A DNA stretch of 64,000 nt, taken from sequence record MZ234025.1; one strand, 5' to 3'. Each line of letters opens with the position of its first letter. Position 1 is the first letter of the stretch. Both the position numbers and the translations under genes were made by a program. The DNA comes from Escherichia phage vB_EcoM-172859UKE1. The notes under the pieces are model-generated. The model saw only the letters and a program-made list of their open reading frames with translations. It was not told the DNA's origin and searched no databases. Shown here in pieces: positions 1-9,996 of the stretch.

Positions 1-981
1 ATGTTCAACGTTCAAATCAAAAAAGGTATCTATCGTAATAACGAAATCTCTGGTTCTTATGTCGCCACAAAGACCTGGTTCCCAGCAAAGCTTAATCCTG
101 AATGTTCCCACTTAGGTGATGGTAAAATTTTCGTTATGATTGATGGTTCTGAACGTGGAGTATGGGTCTTCAAATCAGACATCGTAATGGAAGGAGTTGA
201 GACATCGCCGGTTGCAGTTGTTGAAAGCACTGAAGATATGAAAACTCGTATCAACAAACGCTTTAAAGTAATGAACATGATGACGAATGGCATTATCGAT
301 GGCAAAATTCGTTCACTCATTATTTCAGGTGCAGCCGGTATTGGTAAGACGTATTCTCTGGATAAAGCACTTAATAATGCTAATGATAATGGTTTCATCA
401 AATACAAAAGCATTAATGGTAAAATCTCTGGTATTGGCCTTTACGAACAACTTTGGCTCAACCGTGATGCAGACAGCGTTCTCTTAATCGACGACGTTGA
501 CGTATTCTCAGATATGGACATCTTGAACCTTCTTAAAGCAGCATTAGATACCGGAGATAAACGCAAAGTTTGTTGGAGCACTGCGTCATCTTATCTCGAG
601 GATAAGGGTATCGATAAAGAATTTGAGTTTGAAGGTACTATCGTTTTCATTACAAACGTTGATATCGATAAAGAGTTAGAACGTGGTTCGAAACTTGCTC
701 CACACCTTCAAGCTTTAGTATCTCGTTCAGTGTATCTCGACCTTGGAGTACACTCTAATGAAGAGATTATGGTTCGAGTTGAAGATGTAATATTATCTAC
801 TGACATGATGCAGAAACGTGGTCTGACGGATGCAGAAACGTATAAAGCATTGTCCTGGATGAAGGCTAACGTATCTCGTCTTCGCAATGTATCATTACGT
901 ACGGCTCTTTATGTAGCAGATTTTATTTCAACTGATAAAGATGGTTGGGAGGAAATCTCTGAAGTAACTTTACTGAAATAA
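1..981 (+). CDS. P-loop ATPase-like protein; ATG sits at the window edge so the true N-terminus may lie upstream
   Basis: 326-aa ORF with Walker A-like GAAGIGKT and Walker B-like LLIDDVD; lies upstream of nrdC in the nrdC.x-type hyperplastic region. Confidence 0.55.
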   Translation: MFNVQIKKGIYRNNEISGSYVATKTWFPAKLNPECSHLGDGKIFVMIDGSERGVWVFKSDIVMEGVETSPVAVVESTEDMKTRINKRFKVMNMMTNGIIDGKIRSLIISGAAGIGKTYSLDKALNNANDNGFIKYKSINGKISGIGLYEQLWLNRDADSVLLIDDVDVFSDMDILNLLKAALDTGDKRKVCWSTASSYLEDKGIDKEFEFEGTIVFITNVDIDKELERGSKLAPHLQALVSRSVYLDLGVHSNEEIMVRVEDVILSTDMMQKRGLTDAETYKALSWMKANVSRLRNVSLRTALYVADFISTDKDGWEEISEVTLLK

Positions 982-1119
982 GCTTATAGGAAGTTCTGAG
1001 GTAACAAAAGCCATAAAGATGAATAATCATATGGCTTACCTCAAAGAAGGACACCAGGAACCTACTGAGGACATAGAAATATTTAAAAATAATGATGTAC
1101 AAATCAAAGAGGATATGTT

Positions 1120-1407
1120 ATGGATTTTATGCAAAAAATTAAAGCCGCAGTAGAACTCTATGCTCATCGTATGGTTAGTTCTACGATGCAATATAGTGAG
1201 GAGGTTCGCCAGGACTCTTCCTTGAAAGGAAAAACTAAAGCCTTAATTACCTTAGATCGTTTGCAAAAGAATGCCATAGAGATGCTCCAGTACGACAAGG
1301 GTGTATATAAGAAAGAACAGGAAGAGAAACTTAAATCTGAAAAATTACAGAAAATACCGAAGTCTGTTTGGTTCAGTGGAAAAAATACCGAAAAAAGTTT
1401 CTTTTAG
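1120..1407 (+). CDS. hypothetical protein
   Basis: 95-aa ORF, ATG preceded by GAGGA; no recognisable motif. Confidence 0.35.
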   Translation: MDFMQKIKAAVELYAHRMVSSTMQYSEEVRQDSSLKGKTKALITLDRLQKNAIEMLQYDKGVYKKEQEEKLKSEKLQKIPKSVWFSGKNTEKSFF

Positions 1408-1409
1408 TT

Positions 1410-1443
1410 GTTTACAAGGTCTATGGTTATGTTATTATAGACC
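1410..1443 (+). promoter_or_regulatory. T4-type early promoter (PeSL-like): -35 GTTTAC, -10 TATTAT enclosed by inverted repeat GGTCTAT/ATAGACC
   Basis: GTTTAC at 1410-1415, 17-bp spacer, TATTAT at 1433-1438; inverted repeat arms 1418-1424 and 1437-1443. Confidence 0.6.
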
Positions 1444-1465
1444 TATCAACTACTGGAGGTAAAAC

Positions 1466-1993
1466 ATGAACGCTAAAGATATTTTCAACCTGGTAAATTA
1501 TAACGACGGTAAATTTAAATCTGAAGCACAAAGCAAGTTCTTTAATGACGTTGCTTATGGTAACGAGATTACCGTGGACGGAGGTCAGATTTTCAAATCT
1601 CGCTGGAATTGGATTGTTATCATCGATTCAGTTGGAATTGTGGAAGTCTACAAAAACACTAACAAAAAACGTACATTATTCTGGTCTCGTGAAACTAACG
1701 AGCAGTACAAAAAGGATAAAGCATCTCGTTTATCCAAAGTAACCCAGGAAGATATCGAGTTTATCAAGAAAGATATCGAGATGTACGAAAATTTAATCGC
1801 TGAAGACCAGGCAGTACTCGATAAGTTTGATGAAATTAAAGCTTCTCGTGAAATCCCTGACTTCATGAAAGAATCAGTAAACGAACGATACGCTCTCACT
1901 TCAGAACGTATTGCAAACTATACAAAACAGAAAGCAGAACGTATTAGTACTCTTCGGAAATTTGAAGAACGTTTAAAGACGGTTCACGCATAA
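1466..1993 (+). CDS. hypothetical protein
   Basis: 175-aa ORF with GGAGG RBS directly downstream of an early promoter. Confidence 0.55.
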   Translation: MNAKDIFNLVNYNDGKFKSEAQSKFFNDVAYGNEITVDGGQIFKSRWNWIVIIDSVGIVEVYKNTNKKRTLFWSRETNEQYKKDKASRLSKVTQEDIEFIKKDIEMYENLIAEDQAVLDKFDEIKASREIPDFMKESVNERYALTSERIANYTKQKAERISTLRKFEERLKTVHA

Positions 1994-1995
1994 AC

Positions 1996-2020
1996 GCTTT
2001 ACCCAAGGACGGGTTATAAT
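1996..2020 (+). promoter_or_regulatory. possible degenerate early promoter with ACCC-aaggac-GGGT hairpin and TATAAT
   Basis: TATAAT at 2015-2020 preceded by small hairpin with AAGGAC loop; -35 spacing is poor. Confidence 0.3.
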
Positions 2021-2055
2021 GGTTTTGAGTTCCAATTCAATCTGAGGAAATAGTT

Positions 2056-3051
2056 ATGAGCATTACATCTGATGCGGTAAAACATGAAATTAACGGTTTA
2101 TGTGCTTCACAGATTAAAGTATGGTTTAAAGACCATAATGATCGCAGGGCACTTAATTATGAACAAATTGCTATCCAAGTTCATCAATTACTGACTAGTA
2201 AATTTGATTTTCATATGCCGTCTGAAATCTATACTAATCTACCGCGAGCGCTTATTAAAGCATGTAAAGGTTACGGAAAATCAATGGCCGATGGAATCTT
2301 CAGCGCGCTGAATAAACTTAACGTTCTGTCGATGATTAACTCTAACAACATCCTGCGTAATCTAGGACGTACTGATTTGTTCGGTCGTGAACAGTGTAAA
2401 ATGCCTTTGAAATGGATTATTGCTCATCTTAACGAGAACCAAACACGTTTTATGGCCGTAACAGCACGTTTACAAATGGGCCTAGATCGTCAGATGAACT
2501 TTAAAACTCATCCACGTTATTCAGGTTCAACTGACTTTTATAAATGTGAGCTTCAAAAGGTTGCAGGCAAAACTGTCTTAGTAGTTCGTGTAACGTTTGA
2601 AGGACGACGTCAAGGATATTTTGACCTAATTGGCTCTGGTCTTAAACATTGCGGATTTATCGACGAAGTTGATATCAAGCGAGACGGCATTGGATACCGT
2701 ATTGGGTATGTTTGTACTCTTAAAGAAGAGATTTCAGGACCAGCACCAGGACTAAAAGACGTTAGATATAAAGACGAGCTCATTGAAGAAATAAAAGAAG
2801 TTGAATATGATATCAACCAAGAAGATGCTCTTAAAGACCTTATTGACGAACTAAACCAAGACGTTATTCCGGTTCAGAAATTTGAATCAAAACATGCTGA
2901 GCAAATCAAATACTTTGAAGCTTTGATTAACGAACTTAATGTAACTATTCAACAGACTGATGATGAAATCTCACGATTAGCAGGCTTAAATGGTAAAAAT
3001 AAAACAGAACGAGCTAATCTTATTCAAGTAGTAAAACTTCTTAAGGAATGA
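2056..3051 (+). CDS. hypothetical protein with C-terminal coiled-coil-like region
   Basis: 331-aa ORF; heptad-like charged/hydrophobic C-terminus. Confidence 0.55.
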   Translation: MSITSDAVKHEINGLCASQIKVWFKDHNDRRALNYEQIAIQVHQLLTSKFDFHMPSEIYTNLPRALIKACKGYGKSMADGIFSALNKLNVLSMINSNNILRNLGRTDLFGREQCKMPLKWIIAHLNENQTRFMAVTARLQMGLDRQMNFKTHPRYSGSTDFYKCELQKVAGKTVLVVRVTFEGRRQGYFDLIGSGLKHCGFIDEVDIKRDGIGYRIGYVCTLKEEISGPAPGLKDVRYKDELIEEIKEVEYDINQEDALKDLIDELNQDVIPVQKFESKHAEQIKYFEALINELNVTIQQTDDEISRLAGLNGKNKTERANLIQVVKLLKE

Positions 3052-3080
3052 TGTACAACCAAGGATGGTTGGAGTATAAT
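3052..3080 (+). promoter_or_regulatory. early promoter (PeSL-like): -35 TGTACA, hairpin CAACC-aaggat-GGTTG, -10 TATAAT
   Basis: TGTACA 3052-3057, TATAAT 3075-3080, 17-bp spacer containing stem-loop. Confidence 0.6.
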
Positions 3081-3106
3081 AAATTTTTCAACATGAGGAA
3101 TATAAA

Positions 3107-4042
3107 ATGGCTTTTATTACACGTAGAGAACTTATCAAAGAATTTACCTCGAACGCATATACTCCAGGACCTAATCCTATCCGTATGCCTGTAAAGACTC
3201 CTGAAGAGATTGAGGAAATCTGTTCATATTATGGGATTACTTCTCGTAAGTTTACTCAATTTGAATGCGTTACTAACACACCCGTTAAAGAGTTCATTAA
3301 AAATGGTGAGTTCAGCCGTTTATTAGCCAAACAGAAACTTCGTAATTTTTGTATCGGCGGTGAAGGACAATATTTCGCTAAACAGTTCCGAAATAACCTT
3401 AACAATCTGATGGCCATTGCTTCTCGTATTCGTCCTCAAGCAATTAACATGAAACATTTGAAATATACTTACGATAAGTTAGAAATCATGGTTATCAGTG
3501 AGAACGAGTTCACTCTTACGTATAAACCTAAGAATGATAACGTTGCTCGTGTATTCCACCAAGCGTTGGAAGTGTTAGGTGATAATATCCACCAGATTAA
3601 AGCAATTTATTCTCGTGAGCTTAATATTATCAACCCTATCAAGAATAAGGGCCATATCGCTATCCAGGCTCGTGTATCTATTGGTAAAAAGGTTCCTGCG
3701 CCACGGTGGCACAAAGACTCTGAATACTATCAAAATCTTAAAAAGGAAAATGCAACGTTCGAAGCGTCAATTACTACAACCCCAATTGGCAATGCTGAAG
3801 TTCAAGGTGCATATTTTACTGCTCCATCTATATACACTTCACCGTCGACTAAACTGGAAATCTCTAACGGTCTTCTTCCTGCCGAAGATTACTATTATAA
3901 TCAAATCAAAGCCACTGTGGACCAACTGTCTGTTGAACTTGACAAAGCACAAGCTAAGCTTCGTGATGCTCAACAAGTAGTTACCAAGCTCCAGTTGCAG
4001 TACTCTAAACTTTTTAACGCAATGAATGCATTAAAATCATAA
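3107..4042 (+). CDS. hypothetical protein with C-terminal coiled-coil-like region
   Basis: 311-aa ORF following PeSL-like promoter. Confidence 0.55.
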   Translation: MAFITRRELIKEFTSNAYTPGPNPIRMPVKTPEEIEEICSYYGITSRKFTQFECVTNTPVKEFIKNGEFSRLLAKQKLRNFCIGGEGQYFAKQFRNNLNNLMAIASRIRPQAINMKHLKYTYDKLEIMVISENEFTLTYKPKNDNVARVFHQALEVLGDNIHQIKAIYSRELNIINPIKNKGHIAIQARVSIGKKVPAPRWHKDSEYYQNLKKENATFEASITTTPIGNAEVQGAYFTAPSIYTSPSTKLEISNGLLPAEDYYYNQIKATVDQLSVELDKAQAKLRDAQQVVTKLQLQYSKLFNAMNALKS

Positions 4043-4046
4043 ATCA

Positions 4047-4076
4047 GTTTACAACCAAGGATGGTTGGAGTATAAT
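4047..4076 (+). promoter_or_regulatory. early promoter (PeSL-like): GTTTAC, hairpin CAACC-aaggat-GGTTG, TATAAT
   Basis: GTTTAC 4047-4052, TATAAT 4071-4076. Confidence 0.6.
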
Positions 4077-4104
4077 GAACCTATCTTAACGAGAGGAAAA
4101 TATT

Positions 4105-5055
4105 ATGACACGTTCACATTACATTGATTATTTTGCCGGTCTTATCGCTAAAGTTCATGCTCAGCGCGCTTCTGGTGCACTAGGATTTGATGTTCCACAC
4201 CGAGATGTAGTAAGTGGTATTCTTCGCGATTTTGGTACATACACAGGCCAAGAAAATCATATCTGTAAAGATACTCAGAATGCGTATTCTCATTCATTAG
4301 GGACACTGCTTCAATGGTTCAAACGTTCTCGTTTATTATCTTCTACTGTAGCTCGTGATAACATCAAAAACTTTATGAAGCCGAGCTTTATTAAATCTGT
4401 GACATCTAAAACTGATTTAGTTGAATTTACTATTATTAACGATGTTAAAAAGACTCATTTGGCTGATTGGTTATCTACCATTCCTGAAACTAAATTTGCT
4501 GATAAATTTGCTTGTGAATTCAATAACCAAGTGAATATGCTTTTTAAACATTCACGTAAATTATTCACAGGCGGTGATGGTCGTACAAATAAAGTTCATG
4601 TTAAAGATTGGGTTACTGCAGTATTCAAACCAACTGGTAATGGTAACGCATCATTGTCAATTGATATCCAGGTTCCTTATTACTACTCGCGTAATCTAGG
4701 TACCATGAAAGCCGAAGAAATTAATAAGCGCAACAAAACCGTTCGTTCGCTGTCTTATAAACTTTGTATGATGTTACAGACTATGGATGTTGTTGAAATG
4801 TTCAGCGAAACCGAAGATAATGGTTCAATGTTATACAGTTCTCGCATTCAAATTAAGTTGAAGAACCCTAACGAGTATAAGCCTAAGCCTATTAAAGAGC
4901 CTAAAGCAGAAAAAGTTGATAACTTAAGAGAAGAACGCGAATATCTCAAATCTCGTCTGAAAGAAGTCGAAGCCCAGATTGCAGAACAAACTAAATCGTT
5001 AAAAGCTCTGAATGCGAAAGCGGATGGTTTACGAAATGCTATTGAGGTGTTATAA
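4105..5055 (+). CDS. hypothetical protein with C-terminal coiled-coil-like region
   Basis: 316-aa ORF; C-terminal LKSRLKEVEAQIAEQTKSLKAL heptad pattern. Confidence 0.55.
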   Translation: MTRSHYIDYFAGLIAKVHAQRASGALGFDVPHRDVVSGILRDFGTYTGQENHICKDTQNAYSHSLGTLLQWFKRSRLLSSTVARDNIKNFMKPSFIKSVTSKTDLVEFTIINDVKKTHLADWLSTIPETKFADKFACEFNNQVNMLFKHSRKLFTGGDGRTNKVHVKDWVTAVFKPTGNGNASLSIDIQVPYYYSRNLGTMKAEEINKRNKTVRSLSYKLCMMLQTMDVVEMFSETEDNGSMLYSSRIQIKLKNPNEYKPKPIKEPKAEKVDNLREEREYLKSRLKEVEAQIAEQTKSLKALNAKADGLRNAIEVL

Positions 5056-5360
5056 TGAAACTACGTCTTTTAGAGGATATTGATATGAGCACTAATCATG
5101 GCTTGGTTAAGTTTATTGACGATAGTTCAAAGATTGAATTTGTTCAGCGAGATAAAATCCACGGTGAAGAAGAGTTCGTTCCTCCGGCATGGAACGAAAT
5201 AATGAAAATGGTTGAACGCCGTGAAAATGCTGCCAAATCGGCAGCAAAACATCCATGTCCGGAATGTGGAACTATCCAAGTCCAACTGGTTAACTGGACC
5301 ACTGATAACTTGAAATTGAAATGCCGTAAATGCTTCCACAAATTTGAGAGAACATTATAA
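5055..5360 (+). CDS. zinc-ribbon protein
   Basis: 101-aa ORF with CPECG...CRKC four-Cys arrangement; ATGA overlap with upstream gene. Confidence 0.5.
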   Translation: MKLRLLEDIDMSTNHGLVKFIDDSSKIEFVQRDKIHGEEEFVPPAWNEIMKMVERRENAAKSAAKHPCPECGTIQVQLVNWTTDNLKLKCRKCFHKFERTL

Positions 5361-5773
5361 TGAGATATAGCCTTCGTTGTTTTATCGCAGCTTTAGTTTT
5401 TGCTATTATTCCATTCATTTGGAACAGCCAGAATACTTACATGGAAACTAAAGTAATTCCTGTGGAGGTAGTGGAATTAATCTCAGGCCAATCTACAGGA
5501 AAATATTCTAAATTAGAATTTATTGCAGTCTATAAAGATGAGCAAGGACGAGTTTTTGACAGGCGTGTATCGCCATCGTTTTATACGCTTCTGAATAAAG
5601 GTGATACGATAGCTATAGAAATTCGTGAGATGGATATCAAACAAACTACTAAAGATAACTTGATTTGGTTCTTTGGTACAGTGTTGTTGGTTTCTATCTG
5701 TATCACAGGTTTTATTACATGTATTGTATTTGGCATTGCATATTTAATCGATGAAAGGAAAAATAATGTTTAA
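5360..5773 (+). CDS. membrane protein
   Basis: 137-aa ORF with N- and C-terminal hydrophobic helices. Confidence 0.45.
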   Translation: MRYSLRCFIAALVFAIIPFIWNSQNTYMETKVIPVEVVELISGQSTGKYSKLEFIAVYKDEQGRVFDRRVSPSFYTLLNKGDTIAIEIREMDIKQTTKDNLIWFFGTVLLVSICITGFITCIVFGIAYLIDERKNNV

Positions 5774-6029
5774 AGTGTATGGGTATGACTCTACTATTCA
5801 TAAATGCATTTATTGCGATAATGCGAAACGATTGCTGACTGTTAAGAAACAACCATTCGAATTCATTAATGTTATGCCAGAAAAAGGTGTATTCGATAAA
5901 GAAAAAATTGCTGAGCTTCTGGCTAAGCTTGGACGTGAAACACATGTTGGATTGACGATGCCTCAGGTGTTTGCTCCTGATGGAACTTCGATCGGTGGCT
6001 TTGACCAACTACGAGAATATTTTAAATGA
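5766..6029 (+). CDS. nrdC: thioredoxin/glutaredoxin NrdC
   Basis: MFKVYGYDSTIHKCIYCDNAKRLL... closely matches T4 NrdC as remembered; CxxC active site; start moved to internal ATG after AGGAAA RBS. Confidence 0.85.
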   Translation: MFKVYGYDSTIHKCIYCDNAKRLLTVKKQPFEFINVMPEKGVFDKEKIAELLAKLGRETHVGLTMPQVFAPDGTSIGGFDQLREYFK

Positions 6030-6382
6030 CATATTCATTAAATCTTAAAGATTTCCAAGATGTATACGAAGTTTGTGCCAATGAACTTGGTCCTGATGCT
6101 CCAACTATTATTGAAGTTTTAAATGTGCTCCCTTCATCATTAGCTTACGAAGCCAAATCATGGGGTTGGAACGACACTGTCGTTCGTGATGACCTTTACG
6201 TCCTGATGAACGATATGATGGTTAAAAAGGCAGAACCGGTTGCACCAATGGTTACCATTACCGTTGAAGAATATAATCGCCTGCAAGCCATTGAAGAGCT
6301 TCTGTGGAACATTGAATGTGACCTGCCGTCAGGGCTAGAATCCTGGATTGATTATGAAGAGCTCAATAAACTCCGGGGTTAA
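6026..6382 (+). CDS. hypothetical protein
   Basis: 118-aa ORF, ATGA-coupled to nrdC. Confidence 0.45.
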   Translation: MTYSLNLKDFQDVYEVCANELGPDAPTIIEVLNVLPSSLAYEAKSWGWNDTVVRDDLYVLMNDMMVKKAEPVAPMVTITVEEYNRLQAIEELLWNIECDLPSGLESWIDYEELNKLRG

Positions 6383-6510
6383 ACCGTGGTATTCTGCTCG
6401 TTGGGAGACTGTCGAGCCAGACGTTGAAACAGTTTACAACGACGAAGAAACGTGTTATGATGAACCTTCAATAAATGAATTAATTGATATGGAAATGGGA
6501 AGAGATTATT

Positions 6511-6681
6511 ATGCAAGTTAAATTATTGTACCGTTTATTAAAAAATGGCAAACATGATTGGTATTTGCTTATTAAAACCGATCCGAATTTTTTCTCTGGA
6601 CAACCATTTACAGTTCGTCCTACTAAACGTCAGCTTCGCAAAGCTAAACGTTCTCATCGTAACTTTTATAGAGAATATTGA
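6511..6681 (+). CDS. small basic hypothetical protein
   Basis: 56-aa ORF from ATG after GGAAGAG; overlaps an alternative frame, so uncertain. Confidence 0.3.
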   Translation: MQVKLLYRLLKNGKHDWYLLIKTDPNFFSGQPFTVRPTKRQLRKAKRSHRNFYREY

Positions 6682-6682
6682 T

Positions 6683-7096
6683 ATGAATATTTCTGAAACT
6701 CGCGGTAAATGGTTCAAGATCGTTAAAGAAGATGAAGAACTACAAGTCAAGTTTCCTGAATTAAAGAAAGATACGATCATCAAGGTAATTGGTACTACTA
6801 CCGAAGATGGTTATGGCGACCATGGCATTATCGAAGTGATGTTGAACACAGGTGAGAAACTTTGCATCTATGACCGTGATACTTCTCTTTGGTGCTTCTG
6901 GGAATCCCATTCAATAGATGAACTCGAAGAAATTGACCAAGTAGTTTGTGATGGTGGACTTGGCGAATTCGAAGGTGAACGTATTTCTTATGCTTTAGCT
7001 AAATTAGCCGGACAAGAAAATAACGACGGCTATGAAGGTAACCTGATGCAAGCAGCCGCAGAATACATTGAATATTTAGAAAGACGTTTAAGTTAA
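6683..7096 (+). CDS. hypothetical protein
   Basis: 138-aa ORF from internal ATG (MNISETRGKWF...) of the 6545..7096 frame. Confidence 0.45.
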   Translation: MNISETRGKWFKIVKEDEELQVKFPELKKDTIIKVIGTTTEDGYGDHGIIEVMLNTGEKLCIYDRDTSLWCFWESHSIDELEEIDQVVCDGGLGEFEGERISYALAKLAGQENNDGYEGNLMQAAAEYIEYLERRLS

Positions 7097-7101
7097 TAAA
7101 T

Positions 7102-7130
7102 ACCCTTATCTATTTAAGGTAAGGGTTTAT
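7102..7130 (+). terminator. possible stem-loop/weak terminator
   Basis: ACCCTTA...TAAGGGT inverted repeat followed by TTAT. Confidence 0.3.
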
Positions 7131-7131
7131 C

Positions 7132-7605
7132 ATGTTATTATCAGGCGCAAAATATAAAGAAGAAAAACAAAAATTTTATGATGCACAGAATGGTAAGTGT
7201 CCTATTTGCCACCGTGAATTAGACCCTGATGTCCAAGGTAACCATCTTGACCACGACCACGAATTAAACGGGCCAAAAGCAGGTAGAGTTCGTGGGTTAC
7301 TCTGTAATCTGTGCAACGCAGCAGAAGGTCAAATGAAGCATAAGTTCAACCGTTCAGGTCTTAAAGGTCGTGATGTCGACTACCTAGAATGGCTTGAAGC
7401 TCTTCTTGCTTATTTGAAACAAGATTATTCTGATAATAATATCCATCCTAATTTTGTTCCGGACAAAACTAAAGAGTTCTCAAGACTAGGTAAAGAGGAA
7501 ATGATGGCCGAGATGCTTCAAAGAGGATTTGAATATAATGAATCTGATACTAAAACACAATTAATAGCTTCATTCAAAAAGCAGCTTAGAAAGAGTTTAA
7601 AATGA
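7132..7605 (+). CDS. 49: endonuclease VII (Holliday junction resolvase)
   Basis: 157 aa, same length as T4 gp49; zinc-binding CPICH...CNLCN motifs; adjacent to nrdD. Confidence 0.9.
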   Translation: MLLSGAKYKEEKQKFYDAQNGKCPICHRELDPDVQGNHLDHDHELNGPKAGRVRGLLCNLCNAAEGQMKHKFNRSGLKGRDVDYLEWLEALLAYLKQDYSDNNIHPNFVPDKTKEFSRLGKEEMMAEMLQRGFEYNESDTKTQLIASFKKQLRKSLK

Positions 7606-9419
7606 AAATTGAAAAAGAAATTGAAGGACTGATTCATAAAACTAATAAAGATCTTTTGAACGAGAATGCTAATAAAGATTCTCGTGTTTTTCCAACTCAA
7701 CGGGACCTTATGGCTGGTATTGTGTCTAAGCACATTGCCAAAAATATGGTCCCGTCTTTTATTATGAAAGCACATGAAAGCGGAATTATCCATTTCCATG
7801 ATATTGATTATTCTCCTGCTCTTCCATTTACTAATTGCTGTTTAGTAGATTTAAAAGGAATGCTTGAAAACGGATTTAAGCTTGGTAATGCACAGATTGA
7901 AACTCCTAAATCGATTGGTGTTGCTACTGCAATTATGGCACAAATTACTGCACAGGTTGCTTCACATCAGTACGGCGGAACGACTTTTGCTAATGTAGAT
8001 AAAGTACTTTCTCCTTATGTTAAACGCACCTATGCAAAACATATTGAGGATGCAGAAAAATGGCAAATCGCTGATGCGTTGAATTATGCCCAATCTAAAA
8101 CAGAAAAAGACGTATACGATGCATTCCAAGCGTATGAATACGAAGTAAATACTCTCTTTAGTTCAAACGGACAAACGCCTTTTGTAACAATTACATTTGG
8201 TACTGGAACCGACTGGACTGAACGAATTATTCAGAAGGCAATTCTTAAAAACCGCATTAAAGGCCTTGGTCGTGATGGAATAACTCCTATTTTCCCTAAA
8301 CTTGTTATGTTCGTTGAAGAGGGTGTCAATCTTTATAAAGACGACCCGAACTACGATATTAAGCAGCTTGCTCTAGAGTGTGCAAGCAAAAGAATGTATC
8401 CTGATATTATTTCAGTTAAGAACAATAAAGCTATCACTGGTTCATCTATTCCTGTTTCTCCAATGGGTTGTCGTAGTTTCTTGAGTGTATGGAAAGATTC
8501 GACTGGAAATGAAATTCTTGATGGACGTAATAATCTTGGTGTTGTAACACTGAATCTTCCTCGTATCGCATTAGATTCTTATATTGGAACACAATTTAAC
8601 GAACAGAAATTTGTTGAATTATTCAATGAACGAATGGACCTGTGTTTTGAAGCTTTGATGTGTAGAATTAGTTCTTTAAAGGGTGTTAAAGCAACTGTAG
8701 CTCCTATTCTTTACCAAGAAGGTGCATTCGGGGTTCGTCTTAAACCTGATGACGATATAATTGAGTTATTTAAAAACGGTAGAAGTTCAGTGTCCCTAGG
8801 ATACATTGGTATTCACGAATTGAATATTCTTGTCGGTCGTGATATTGGACAAGAAATTTTAACTAAAATGAATGCCCGTCTTAAACAGTGGACAGAAAGA
8901 ACCGGATTTGCTTTTAGTTTATATTCTACTCCTGCTGAAAACCTTTGTTATCGTTTCTGTAAACTCGATACTGAAAAATATGGAAGTGTAAAGGATGTTA
9001 CTGATAAAGGATGGTACACTAACAGTTTCCACGTTTCAGTAGAAGAAAATATCACTCCGTTTGAAAAGATTTCTCGTGAAGCACCGTATCATTTCATTGC
9101 GACGGGTGGTCACATTTCTTATGTTGAACTTCCAGATATGAAAAACAACCTAAAAGGACTTGAGGCTGTATGGGATTATGCTGCACAACATTTAGATTAT
9201 TTTGGTGTTAATATGCCAGTAGATAAATGTTTTACATGCGGAAGTACCCATGAAATGACTCCTACTGAAACCGGATTTGTTTGTTCTATTTGTGGAGAAA
9301 CTGACCCTAAAAAGATGAACACCATAAGAAGAACATGCGGTTATCTTGGAAATCCTAACGAACGCGGATTTAATCTCGGCAAAAATAAAGAAATCATGCA
9401 TAGGGTTAAACACCAATGA
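7602..9419 (+). CDS. nrdD: anaerobic ribonucleoside-triphosphate reductase
   Basis: 605 aa; C-terminal glycyl-radical region RRTCGYLG and Zn-ribbon CFTCG...CSICG; uninterrupted (no intron). Confidence 0.95.
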   Translation: MKIEKEIEGLIHKTNKDLLNENANKDSRVFPTQRDLMAGIVSKHIAKNMVPSFIMKAHESGIIHFHDIDYSPALPFTNCCLVDLKGMLENGFKLGNAQIETPKSIGVATAIMAQITAQVASHQYGGTTFANVDKVLSPYVKRTYAKHIEDAEKWQIADALNYAQSKTEKDVYDAFQAYEYEVNTLFSSNGQTPFVTITFGTGTDWTERIIQKAILKNRIKGLGRDGITPIFPKLVMFVEEGVNLYKDDPNYDIKQLALECASKRMYPDIISVKNNKAITGSSIPVSPMGCRSFLSVWKDSTGNEILDGRNNLGVVTLNLPRIALDSYIGTQFNEQKFVELFNERMDLCFEALMCRISSLKGVKATVAPILYQEGAFGVRLKPDDDIIELFKNGRSSVSLGYIGIHELNILVGRDIGQEILTKMNARLKQWTERTGFAFSLYSTPAENLCYRFCKLDTEKYGSVKDVTDKGWYTNSFHVSVEENITPFEKISREAPYHFIATGGHISYVELPDMKNNLKGLEAVWDYAAQHLDYFGVNMPVDKCFTCGSTHEMTPTETGFVCSICGETDPKKMNTIRRTCGYLGNPNERGFNLGKNKEIMHRVKHQ

Positions 9420-9886
9420 ATTATGATAGATTTTATCCTTGCGATTTTGTGAATGGCCCTGGTTGCAGGGTCGTTCTTTTCGTTACAGGTTGTTTGCATA
9501 AATGCGAAGGGTGTTATAATAAATCAACATGGAACGCTAGAAATGGTATTCCATTCACGGGTGAAACACTAGAGCAATTAATTGAATGTTTGAATAATGA
9601 TTATATAGAAGGATTAACTATAACTGGAGGAGACCCTCTCTATCCAGATAACAGAGATGTTGTTCATTGCATTGCTCAAACAGTAAAAAATCTTTATCCC
9701 AATAAAAGCATTTGGTTGTGGACAGGATATAAGTTTGAAGATATTAAACAACTAGAAATGCTTAAATATGTTGATGTTATTATTGATGGGAAGTATGAGA
9801 AAAATCTTCCGACTAAAAAGATGTGGCGAGGATCAGATAATCAGCGACTTTGGTCAAATACCGATGGGGTGTGGAAACATGATTAA
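9416..9886 (+). CDS. nrdG: anaerobic RNR activating protein (radical SAM)
   Basis: 156 aa; CxxxCxxC-type cluster (CLHKCEGCYN); ATGA-coupled to nrdD. Confidence 0.9.
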   Translation: MNYDRFYPCDFVNGPGCRVVLFVTGCLHKCEGCYNKSTWNARNGIPFTGETLEQLIECLNNDYIEGLTITGGDPLYPDNRDVVHCIAQTVKNLYPNKSIWLWTGYKFEDIKQLEMLKYVDVIIDGKYEKNLPTKKMWRGSDNQRLWSNTDGVWKHD

Positions 9887-9996
9887 ATTGAATTACATTA
9901 TGGATACTATAAATGATATGATTTTTCGTTTTGGTCCAGAATTTTATTCGCAGTATAGTTTGGTGTTTATCAATGCTTAGTTAATTAAGGGTAAAT

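Noticed and set aside
7602-9419. Possible group I intron / I-TevII-type insertion in nrdD
   Set aside because: nrdD is one uninterrupted 605-aa ORF with conserved C-terminal glycyl-radical and Zn-ribbon motifs; no interruption seen.
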